Below, in pieces: positions 8,666 to 16,966 of a stretch of DNA of 39,090 nucleotides (the first letter of the stretch is position 1; the number at the start of each line of letters is the position of its first letter). The stretch lies in contig JBBRNJ010000081.1 in NCBI GenBank assembly GCA_038230375.1, forward strand, positions 1-39,090. The letters run 5' to 3'. The notes below the pieces were generated by a model, which ran no database searches, was not told the origin of the DNA, and saw only the letters and a program-made list of their open reading frames with translations. The DNA is from Polyangiales bacterium (GTDB taxonomy: Bacteria; Myxococcota_A; Polyangia; Polyangiales; Polyangiaceae). A program made the translations under genes and the position numbers.

Positions 8666-10177
8666 ATGAACGACGGGACGCTGTTTCGCCCGGACCAGGG
8701 TGCGGGTGGTGGCGCGCGCGGCGGTGGCGGTGGCGGCGGCCGGCGCGGTGGTGGTGGTGGGCGCGGGCCGACCAACAGCGACGACGACGAGATTCAAGTC
8801 ACCCTCAAGGATCGCTTCTTCGAGGCCACGCGCTCCGCGCGACGACGCATGGGGCTGACCGTGGTGCTCCTGCTCATCGGCATGGCGGCCACGATCATCG
8901 CCGCCATCCTGGCGCCGCGTTCGTACGAGAGCGAAGCCGAGGTCCTGGTGGCGCGTACGCAGATCATCCAGGGCGGCAACGCGTTCTCGCCCACGGGTGA
9001 CGAGCGCAAGGACATCGCCAAGGAGTTCGAGGCGCAGATCTATTCGCGCGACAATCTCGCCTCGATCGTGAAGCAGGCGGAGCTCGTGGAGCGCTGGGAT
9101 GCGATGCGCCAGCCGCACCGTCGCATGCTCGACAAGCTCAACACGATCATGGGGCAGCCCAAGTTCACGGACGAGCAGAAGACAAACACGCTCATCCAGA
9201 CCATCGAGGCGAAGCTCAAGGTCAACATCGACACGACCACCGTGCACCTGTCGATCGAGTGGTCCGAGCCCGAAGCGGCGCGCGACATCATCCAGGCCGC
9301 GTTGAAGAACTTCCAGGACTCGCGCTACGGCATCGAGGTCGGCGTGTTCCCCGAGAAGGTGAAGATCCTCGACTCGAACATGCAACGCGCGCGTGGTGAC
9401 TTCGACAAGGCGTTCCAGGAGCTGCAGAACCGGCTCGCGCCCACCACGGGCACGACGCAGAGGAAGACCATCTACGTGCAGCGCCCAGGGCAGCCGCCTG
9501 TCGCCGTTGCCGCTGGTGACTCACCCGCCGCCCGTCAGCTCGCGGACGTGGACGCAAAGATCCAGGCAGCCGAGGAGCAGAAGCGCCAGCGCGTCAACGA
9601 CCTGAACCAGAAGCTGTCCGAGATGTCGCAGACCTACGCGGCCGGGCACCCCGACATCATCGCGTTGAAGCAGAACATCGCGAACACGCAGCAGGACAGC
9701 CTGGAGCTCACGGCGCTTCGGCAGCAACAGAAGGACCTGCGCGCGCAGGTCGCCGCAGCCACGCCGGCGCCCGGCGGGGGAGCAGAGACCCCAGGCCAGC
9801 GGATGGCTGTCCAGGTCGCGGTGGGTCCGGATCCCGCCAATGCGTTGCCCAAGTCCTCCGACGACGTGCGCGCGCAGTTCGATGCGGCCCAGCGCAAGTA
9901 CGAAGCGATGATGGTGCAGCTCGAGGCCGCCCGGAACGAGCAGCAGCTCGCGGAGGCGGCGTTCAAGCACAAGTACTCCGTGACCCACCCTCCGGAGGCG
10001 TCGGCAAAACCGAAGCGACCGGTCGGCGCGATCGCGTCGCTCATAGGCGCCATCGCCACCATCCTGCTCGCGCTCGCGGTGGCCTCTCTTGCAGACCGCC
10101 TGTCCGGCATCTTCTTCGAGCCCCGCGACGTACGCGATCGCCTCGGGCTGCCGGTGTTCGCCACGATGAAGTGGTGA
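8666..10177 (+). CDS. polysaccharide co-polymerase (Wzc/GumC/EpsV-like) without a fused kinase domain
   Basis: Two TM helices flanking a coiled-coil domain; PRSYESEAEVLV, TYAAGHPDIIALK, PKRP motifs; ends with the short tail RLGLPVFATMKW. Confidence 0.85.
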   Translation: MNDGTLFRPDQGAGGGARGGGGGGGRRGGGGGRGPTNSDDDEIQVTLKDRFFEATRSARRRMGLTVVLLLIGMAATIIAAILAPRSYESEAEVLVARTQIIQGGNAFSPTGDERKDIAKEFEAQIYSRDNLASIVKQAELVERWDAMRQPHRRMLDKLNTIMGQPKFTDEQKTNTLIQTIEAKLKVNIDTTTVHLSIEWSEPEAARDIIQAALKNFQDSRYGIEVGVFPEKVKILDSNMQRARGDFDKAFQELQNRLAPTTGTTQRKTIYVQRPGQPPVAVAAGDSPAARQLADVDAKIQAAEEQKRQRVNDLNQKLSEMSQTYAAGHPDIIALKQNIANTQQDSLELTALRQQQKDLRAQVAAATPAPGGGAETPGQRMAVQVAVGPDPANALPKSSDDVRAQFDAAQRKYEAMMVQLEAARNEQQLAEAAFKHKYSVTHPPEASAKPKRPVGAIASLIGAIATILLALAVASLADRLSGIFFEPRDVRDRLGLPVFATMKW

Positions 10178-10219
10178 CGACGCCCATCAGAAGCTGATAG
10201 AACGGGAGCTTCCAGGCCG

Positions 10220-11464
10220 ATGCTCCCGTTCATCCACGTGCCCATGGCGCCGCTTCAAACGGTGACCGTCCAAGCAAGGACGGAGGCGCGGGATACGCAC
10301 GGGACAGACCCGAACGATCTCGAGGTCGAGGTCGCGCCGCTCGTTCGTTACGACGCCATCTGGAACCACGCGAACGGCCACTTCGTCGCGCTCTACAATC
10401 CGCACCTCATCTACGCCACCGCGGACTCCGACCCGTCGCAGACGATCGACGGCAAATCGTCCTTCCTCCAGCTCCACAGCGTGAGCACGGGACTGGAGGT
10501 CGAGCGGCAGCGCTACCACATCACGTCGTACGGCAACTTCGCGTACGGCCCTGTGAGCAGCACCGCGCTGCTGGCCGCGTTCACCAAGCCGTGGCTGGGC
10601 GAGGGGTTGCCCCCGTCGCCGAACGTGATCATTCCCGCCAAGTTCGGGAGCGTCGGCGCAGACGGGCACATCAGCACCACCATCTTCACGCTGCTCTTTG
10701 CGCAGGTGCAGCTCGCAGTGCCGATCTACCTGTCGCACCGGCTCACGCTCACCCCGCTGGTGACGTACAGCGCGTTCGGCGGAGCGGACTCTGCCTCTCG
10801 CTTGCCTCTGCCAATGGTGCGCGGCCCAGGCGCCAGCCTCTCGCTCGACGTGAAGGCCACGCGGCAGGACGTCTTCAAGTCGAAGGTCGGCGGTGGGCAG
10901 GCGCAGGCCTTCTTCGACGGCGACCGTGCTGGCCCCGGCTTCTACCTGGCCGAGGTCGAAGAGCGCTACACGCACAAGTACTCGGAGCGCTCGCAGAGTG
11001 AGGTGGCGATGGGCGCATCCGTCGCAAGCGACCAGTTCACCGGCACGCGACTCTTCCCGCAGGCGGAGGCGAACTCCGTGGTGGGTATGCACACGCGTCA
11101 GCTGGAGACGAAGTTCGCGGGCGTCGTGCGCGTCGGGCGGTGGCTCGACATCTTCGCCGGCAACCCGGAGCAGCGCGCCGAGGTCATCGGGGCCGTCAAC
11201 GTGACGTTCATGAACGCGCTCACGCTTCGCGCGCAGGGCGCGTACGCGCGCGTGTTGAAGGACTCGACTGTCGAGGTGCCGCCGCAGTACTCGATCGTGT
11301 ACGGCGAGGGTGGGGCGGTCTACAAGTTCACGCGCGCGTGGTCGGCGGATGTGTCGGGGCGGTTCTCGCATCAGGAGTTCGCGAACGCGCAGAAGGACGG
11401 CGTGACGAACCAGCTGCTTGTGATCCTGGGGATCACGTACGCGCCGCATGATCTGAAGCTGTAG
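10220..11464 (+). CDS. putative outer-membrane beta-barrel (EpsX-like polysaccharide export partner)
   Basis: Many amphipathic strands ending in aromatics (GGAVYKF, SADVSGRFSHQ, LVILGITY); directly downstream of the co-polymerase; the EpsX identity is inferred from context. Confidence 0.55.
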   Translation: MLPFIHVPMAPLQTVTVQARTEARDTHGTDPNDLEVEVAPLVRYDAIWNHANGHFVALYNPHLIYATADSDPSQTIDGKSSFLQLHSVSTGLEVERQRYHITSYGNFAYGPVSSTALLAAFTKPWLGEGLPPSPNVIIPAKFGSVGADGHISTTIFTLLFAQVQLAVPIYLSHRLTLTPLVTYSAFGGADSASRLPLPMVRGPGASLSLDVKATRQDVFKSKVGGGQAQAFFDGDRAGPGFYLAEVEERYTHKYSERSQSEVAMGASVASDQFTGTRLFPQAEANSVVGMHTRQLETKFAGVVRVGRWLDIFAGNPEQRAEVIGAVNVTFMNALTLRAQGAYARVLKDSTVEVPPQYSIVYGEGGAVYKFTRAWSADVSGRFSHQEFANAQKDGVTNQLLVILGITYAPHDLKL

Positions 11465-11675
11465 GGACCTGCGCGAGCGACAACGCCCTCGGATTCGGCT
11501 TCGACGGTGAGGTCGAGGTCACCCGGCTGTCTCGCAATTGGGCATCTGGGTGGCCCGTGGCGTTTTCCTGACTGCTCGCTGCCTGGTAACGTCCATGACC
11601 AGGCACTAGACCCTGACCGACGCGTTCAAGCGTCAGCTTAGGGTCCGCGACGACCCACTTGAAGGGATCTGGAAC

Positions 11676-12230
11676 ATGCGAGCTACGAGACGCGCCTTTC
11701 TTGCCCCGGCTATTGCGCTCGGCCTTGCCGCGCTCTGCCTCATGGCGCCAGGCGATGCAGACGCCAAGCTCGGTGGCAGCGCCGGCACCGCCACGTTCCA
11801 TGCGAAGGCAACGCCAGGCGATCTTGCGATCGATGGCACCACGAACGAAGTGGCTGTCGCGGATGATGGGACGAACGTCACCGTGACGGTCCAGCTCGGC
11901 AACGTCACCACCGGTATCGGCCTGCGCGACCGCCACACCAAGAAATACCTCGAGGTCACCAAGTTCGGCAGTGCTTCGCTGCAGGTCCCGCGCGCTCAGC
12001 TCAACTTCAACGGCGGCACCGGCGACGCGAACGGCGCGCTCACCATCCACGGCACCACCAGGCAGACGCCCTTCCACTACACCGCCACGAAGAACGGCAC
12101 GAGCTTCACCGTCAAGGGCTCCACGCACATCAAGCTCACCGACTTCGGCATCGAGATTCCTTCGTACGTAGGGGTCACAGTGAAGAACGACGTGGACGTC
12201 GATGTCTCCTTCACAGCAGTTGACGCCTGA
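11676..12230 (+). CDS. yceI: YceI-like lipid/polyisoprenoid-binding periplasmic protein
   Basis: Signal peptide (ADA cleavage); TGIGLRDRH, GALTIHGTTR, LTDFGI motifs. Confidence 0.88.
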   Translation: MRATRRAFLAPAIALGLAALCLMAPGDADAKLGGSAGTATFHAKATPGDLAIDGTTNEVAVADDGTNVTVTVQLGNVTTGIGLRDRHTKKYLEVTKFGSASLQVPRAQLNFNGGTGDANGALTIHGTTRQTPFHYTATKNGTSFTVKGSTHIKLTDFGIEIPSYVGVTVKNDVDVDVSFTAVDA

Positions 12231-12371
12231 GCCGTGCGGCGAACACCAGGCAGGCCCGTCTGAGGCCCGCTGGTGGCCCAGGACGGATCATGGCGCCATA
12301 GGCATGATCGGTGTAAGCCGTGAGATGCCCACCGCTTGCGACGCCCGCAGCTCGGGCGCTTCTCGAATAAC

Positions 12372-13628
12372 GTGAACTCTACATCTTTCTGCCGCCGCTC
12401 CCGTCGCGGCATCTCCGCCTTCCTGGTCACGCTCACGTTCATGGCGATGGGCGTCGTGTTGCTATGGCCGAAGGATGCGCACGCGTACGCGTGGATGGTG
12501 CGACACGAATACAGCGCCTGCGTCCAGTGCCACGCCGATCCATCGGGCGGCGGGCTACTCACCAGCTACGGGCGTGCGCAGAGCGAGACGCTCCTCCGTA
12601 CCCACTACGGCAAGCCGCCGGAGGAAGACGAAGAGGAGTCGACCTACGGCAACTTCGCCTGGGGGCTGTGGAAGGGCGACCCGAAGGACATGCTGCTGTT
12701 CGGCGCCGACGTGCGCGAGCTCTACTACGCGCAGTCAACGAAGAACGCGCCGAACGTCTCCAAGTTCATCCTGATGCAGGCGGACGCGCAGGCGCAGCTT
12801 CACGTCGATCGCTTCCGCGCGAACGCCAGCCTTGGCTACGCGGAGCAAGGCGCGTTGCCCGCGTCGCTCACCCGCAACCCCGACAAGAACCTGGTCTCGC
12901 GCACGCACTGGCTCGGCGTGGAGCTCGACGAGGACAAGAAGATGATGATCCGCGCGGGCCGGCTGAACCTCCCGTTCGGCATTCGCTCCATAGAGCACAC
13001 GCTCTGGGCGCGGTCGGTCACGCGCACGGACACCAACTCGGCGCAGCAGGACGGCCTGGCCTTCTCCTACAACGGCGGCAAGCTGCGGACCGAGGTGATG
13101 GCGGTGCTCGGCAACTTGCAGCTGCGTCCGTACCAGTACCATGAGTACGGCTACTCCGGATACGTGGAGTATACACCTAAACCGAAGCTGGCCGTGGGCG
13201 TCTCCAGCCTGGTCACGCACGCGGACCTGGACATCCAGACGCAGACGCCCATGTGGCGGCAGGCTCATGGCTTCTTCGGTCGCTATGCGCCGGCGCGGTG
13301 GGTCGTGCTCGGGCTCGAGCAGGATCTGGTCATCAACTCGCAGCCCGGGAGCGCCGCGCAGCCACACAACAACATCGCTGGCACCGTGGGCTACCTCAAC
13401 GCGGACTTCGAGCCGCTCCAGGGCGTTCACCTCATGGCCACGCTCGAGGACCAGCAGAACGACTTCTCGCGCGGCGGATTCTCGTGGGCCGCGTGGGCCG
13501 GCGCAGTCTGGTTCTTCCTTCCGCACGCGGACGTTCGCGCGGACGTCATCTACCAGGACGTCACCACCAACGGCTCCACGCACACCGGCATCACTACGTT
13601 CCTGGCGCAGGCCCAGGTATTCTTGTGA
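12372..13628 (+). CDS. outer-membrane beta-barrel protein with an N-terminal CxxCH heme-binding motif
   Basis: Signal peptide ending AHA; CVQCHADPSGGGLLTSYGR; porin-like RAGRLNLPFG; C-terminal FLAQAQVFL; start codon uncertain (GTG 12372 chosen). Confidence 0.7.
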   Translation: MNSTSFCRRSRRGISAFLVTLTFMAMGVVLLWPKDAHAYAWMVRHEYSACVQCHADPSGGGLLTSYGRAQSETLLRTHYGKPPEEDEEESTYGNFAWGLWKGDPKDMLLFGADVRELYYAQSTKNAPNVSKFILMQADAQAQLHVDRFRANASLGYAEQGALPASLTRNPDKNLVSRTHWLGVELDEDKKMMIRAGRLNLPFGIRSIEHTLWARSVTRTDTNSAQQDGLAFSYNGGKLRTEVMAVLGNLQLRPYQYHEYGYSGYVEYTPKPKLAVGVSSLVTHADLDIQTQTPMWRQAHGFFGRYAPARWVVLGLEQDLVINSQPGSAAQPHNNIAGTVGYLNADFEPLQGVHLMATLEDQQNDFSRGGFSWAAWAGAVWFFLPHADVRADVIYQDVTTNGSTHTGITTFLAQAQVFL

Positions 13629-13635
13629 GGAGCGA

Positions 13636-14238
13636 ATGAGGAAGCGAGCCCGCATCACTGCCGCCCTTTTCACCGCCGCGCTCGCGTCGATCATGTTGCC
13701 CCGTCCTGCGCTTGCGACCGCCAATTTTCCCGGTGAGATCCAGACGCACCTTGGCCTTGCCGCGCAGCCGCCTGCGTCCTGCAGCCTCTGCCATACGACC
13801 GGCAGCGCGGGCGGCAAGGGCACCGTCAACACGCCGTTCGGTGTCTCCGTGCGCGGCCACGGCGCGGTCGCCAACGACCCCGCCGCGCTGGACTCTGCGC
13901 TCGACGCGATGGGCAAGGACGGCACCGACAGCGACGGCGACAAAGTGCCCGACGTCACGGAGCTCACGAACGGCACCAACCCGAACGTGAACGACGTCAC
14001 CGTCACCACGAACGACGCAGGTCAGACCGTGGTCGGCGAGGGCGGCACGGGCGGCGGCGGAAGTGATGCCGCGCCGCCTCCACAATACGGCTGCGCGGTC
14101 ACGCTCGTTGGACAAGGGCGCGGTAGCCGTGAGCGCAGTCGCGACACTTCCACGGATGCGCCCGTGGCTCTCGGACTCGTGACGTTCTCGATGATGATTT
14201 TTCGTATGGTCGAACGCAGGAGGCGTCGCCGTGGTTGA
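13636..14238 (+). CDS. secreted CxxCH protein with bacterial TSP3-like Ca-binding repeat and MYXO-CTERM-like tail
   Basis: ATG 13636 after GAGGAG; signal peptide ALA; CSLCH; DSDGDKVPDVTELTNGTNPN; YGC...hydrophobic helix...RRRRRR end. Confidence 0.72.
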   Translation: MRKRARITAALFTAALASIMLPRPALATANFPGEIQTHLGLAAQPPASCSLCHTTGSAGGKGTVNTPFGVSVRGHGAVANDPAALDSALDAMGKDGTDSDGDKVPDVTELTNGTNPNVNDVTVTTNDAGQTVVGEGGTGGGGSDAAPPPQYGCAVTLVGQGRGSRERSRDTSTDAPVALGLVTFSMMIFRMVERRRRRRG

Positions 14239-14671
14239 TGGAGCGCGAAGGCGCTTCCTCGAGATGGCGCTCGGCGCGGGCACGTTGCCGTTCGCGGCTG
14301 CCTGTGGTCCAAGCAGCGAGGGCCCCGCGAACGTCGGTGACATCGCTGCCGGCAACGTCGCGGACCTGGCCGTCGGTACGCTGAAGGGCATCGGCTCGCA
14401 GCCCGCGGCGATCGGACGCGACGCGGACGGGGTGTATGCGCTGACGCTCACGTGCACCCATCTGTCGTGCAACATTGCGACGCAAGGCTCCGTGGCCAGC
14501 TCGGGCATCAGCTGCGCGTGCCACGGCAGCCACTTCGACCCGCAGGGCAACGTGACGCACGGCCCGGCGACCAGCGGCCTATCGCACCTGTCCGTGACGG
14601 CAGACGCCAGCGGAATTCTGACGATCCACACGGGCACCGTGGTGGCCGAGACAGTCCGCCTCAAGGTCTGA
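14231..14671 (+). CDS. Rieske [2Fe-2S] protein, Tat-exported lipoprotein
   Basis: RRRFL Tat motif; AAAC lipobox; CTHLSC and CACHGSHF Rieske boxes; overlaps the upstream stop. Confidence 0.9.
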   Translation: MVDGARRRFLEMALGAGTLPFAAACGPSSEGPANVGDIAAGNVADLAVGTLKGIGSQPAAIGRDADGVYALTLTCTHLSCNIATQGSVASSGISCACHGSHFDPQGNVTHGPATSGLSHLSVTADASGILTIHTGTVVAETVRLKV

Positions 14672-14683
14672 CAGAATGGGGGC

Positions 14684-16915
14684 ATGCTGCTCCCCACGGC
14701 GTGCGTGCTCTGCGAATGCAACTGCGGTCTCGAGGTCGAGCTCGGCGGCGAGGGCAACCGCCACCTCGTGAAGCTGCGCGGCGACAAGCGTCACCCGGTG
14801 TCGCGCGGGTACGCGTGCGAGAAGGCGCACCGCCTGGACCACTATCAGAACGGACGCGATCGCTTGCTCATGCCGCAGCGAAGGCGGCCCGACGGGACGT
14901 TCGAGTCGATCGACTGGGACACGGCGATCCGCGAGGTGTCCGCGCGCTTCGCCAAGGTGCGGGACACGCACGGCGGCGACACCATCTTCTACTACGGCGG
15001 TGGCGGTCAGGGGAATCACCTGCCCGGCGCGTATGCGACCGCCACACGGCGTGTGCTCGGCTCGCGGTATCGCTCGAGCGCCCTTGCGCAGGAGAAGACC
15101 GGTGAGTTCTGGGTGAACGACCGGATGATGGGCAGCATGACGCGCGCGGATTTCGAGCACTGTGATGTGGCGCTCTTCCTGGGCAAGAACCCGTGGCACT
15201 CGCACTCGATCCCGCGCGCACGTGTCACGCTGAAGGAGATCTCCGCGGATCCGGCGCGCACGTTGATCGTCATCGATCCGCGGCGAACGGAGACCGCGGA
15301 CCTGGCAGACGTGCACCTGGCGGTGAAGCCGGGGATGGACGCATTCCTGCTGGCCGCGATCCTCGCTGTCCTCGTGGAAGAGGACCTCACCGATCATGCA
15401 TTCGTCGCCGCACACACGGAGGGCTGGGACGCGGTGGCCGCCGTGCTGCGGCAGGTGAAGATCGCCGACTACGCCGCGCGTGCGGGCATCGCAGAGGCGG
15501 AGGTGCGTCGCGTGGCCAGGCTCATCGGGCGCGCGCGCGCGTTCGCGAGCTTCGAGGACCTGGGCGTGCAGATGAACCATCACTCCACGCTCGTGAGCTA
15601 CCTGCACAAGCTGCTGGTCTTCGCGACCGGTAGCTTTGGCAAGCCCGGAACGCACTACGTTCCTACTGGCCTCGTCGAGTTCGCGAGCGGCGCCTCCGGG
15701 AGGAAGAGCCCAGTCGTGGGCGCGCCGATCATCAGCGGCCTCATTCCCTGCAACCGGATCGCGGACGAGATCCTGACCGACCACCCGAAGCGATACCGCG
15801 CGATGCTTGTGGAGGCCGCCAATCCGGCACACTCGCTCGCGGACTCCGCGCACACGCGAGAGGCGCTGCGCTCGCTGGACACGCTGGTCGTGATCGACGT
15901 GGCGATGACGGAGACGGCGGCGCTCGCTGACTACGTGCTGCCCGCGTCCACGCAGTACGAGAAGGCAGAGGCCACGTTCTTCAACTTCGACTTCCCGGAG
16001 AACATGTTCCAGCTGCGGCCGCGCCTCTTGCCCGCGCCGGACGGTCCCCTACCGGAGGCGGAGATCCACGCGCGCCTCTGCATGGAGATGGGCGCCCTCA
16101 CGGACCTTGACCTGGCCCCGCTGCGTGACGCGGCGAAGCTCGGCCGCTCGGCCTACGCGCAGGCGCTCATGACGACGGTGCTTCCGGATCCTCGCCTTGC
16201 GCCGCTCGCGCCCATCATCCTCTACCGGACCATGTCGCTCCCGGACGACGCGCGAGAGGGCGCGGTGCTCTTCGGCCTGTGCGTGAAGTTCGCGATGGAG
16301 CACGGGCCCTCGCTCGCACGCGCGGGCTTCACCGGTAACCCGCTCGAGGCGGGCGATGCGCTCTTCACCGCCATGCTGGAGCGCCCGTGGGGAGTGGTGT
16401 TCGCGAAGGACGAATGGAGCGACGTCATGCCACGTGTTCGCAAGCCTGACAACAGGATCGCCCTGCATTTGCCCGACCTCCTGGACGTATTGGCAAGGTT
16501 GCCAATAGAGGCAGCGGAGGTGGTGGACCCTGCGTTCCCGTTCGTGCTGTCGGCCGGTGAGCGTCGCGCGTTCACAGCCAACACGATCATCCGCGATCCG
16601 ACGTGGCGCAAGAAGGACGGCGACGGCGCGCTGCGCATCCATCCAGCCGACGCGGCTGTGCTCGCGGTGAACACGGGGGACTCGGTGCGGCTCACCACCA
16701 AGCGAGGTGCTGCCACCGTGACGGTGGAGCTCTCCGACACGATGCAGCGGGGGCACGTGTCACTGCCGAACGGGTTGGGACTGGGCTACCCGGACGAGAA
16801 CGGAAGGAAGACCACCGGGATCGCGCCGAACGAGCTGACGAGCGCCGAGGATCGCGATCCGTTCGTGGGGACGCCGTGGCACAAGCACGTGGCGGCGCGT
16901 GTGGAGAGAGTCTGA
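14684..16915 (+). CDS. molybdopterin-dependent oxidoreductase (DMSO reductase superfamily)
   Basis: N-terminal CVLCECNC...CEK [4Fe-4S] motif; IDPRRTETA, DYVLPA, C-terminal IHPADA MGD-binding domain; no Tat signal. Confidence 0.92.
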   Translation: MLLPTACVLCECNCGLEVELGGEGNRHLVKLRGDKRHPVSRGYACEKAHRLDHYQNGRDRLLMPQRRRPDGTFESIDWDTAIREVSARFAKVRDTHGGDTIFYYGGGGQGNHLPGAYATATRRVLGSRYRSSALAQEKTGEFWVNDRMMGSMTRADFEHCDVALFLGKNPWHSHSIPRARVTLKEISADPARTLIVIDPRRTETADLADVHLAVKPGMDAFLLAAILAVLVEEDLTDHAFVAAHTEGWDAVAAVLRQVKIADYAARAGIAEAEVRRVARLIGRARAFASFEDLGVQMNHHSTLVSYLHKLLVFATGSFGKPGTHYVPTGLVEFASGASGRKSPVVGAPIISGLIPCNRIADEILTDHPKRYRAMLVEAANPAHSLADSAHTREALRSLDTLVVIDVAMTETAALADYVLPASTQYEKAEATFFNFDFPENMFQLRPRLLPAPDGPLPEAEIHARLCMEMGALTDLDLAPLRDAAKLGRSAYAQALMTTVLPDPRLAPLAPIILYRTMSLPDDAREGAVLFGLCVKFAMEHGPSLARAGFTGNPLEAGDALFTAMLERPWGVVFAKDEWSDVMPRVRKPDNRIALHLPDLLDVLARLPIEAAEVVDPAFPFVLSAGERRAFTANTIIRDPTWRKKDGDGALRIHPADAAVLAVNTGDSVRLTTKRGAATVTVELSDTMQRGHVSLPNGLGLGYPDENGRKTTGIAPNELTSAEDRDPFVGTPWHKHVAARVERV

Positions 16916-16918
16916 CGG

Positions 16919-16966
16919 CGACTTCGACTTCGACACCGACACCGACATCGACTTCGACTTCGACCT
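16919..16966. repeat. hexamer tandem tract (CGACWY-like) x8 between convergent stop codons
   Basis: CGACTT CGACTT CGACAC CGACAC CGACAT CGACTT CGACTT CGACCT. Confidence 0.9.
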
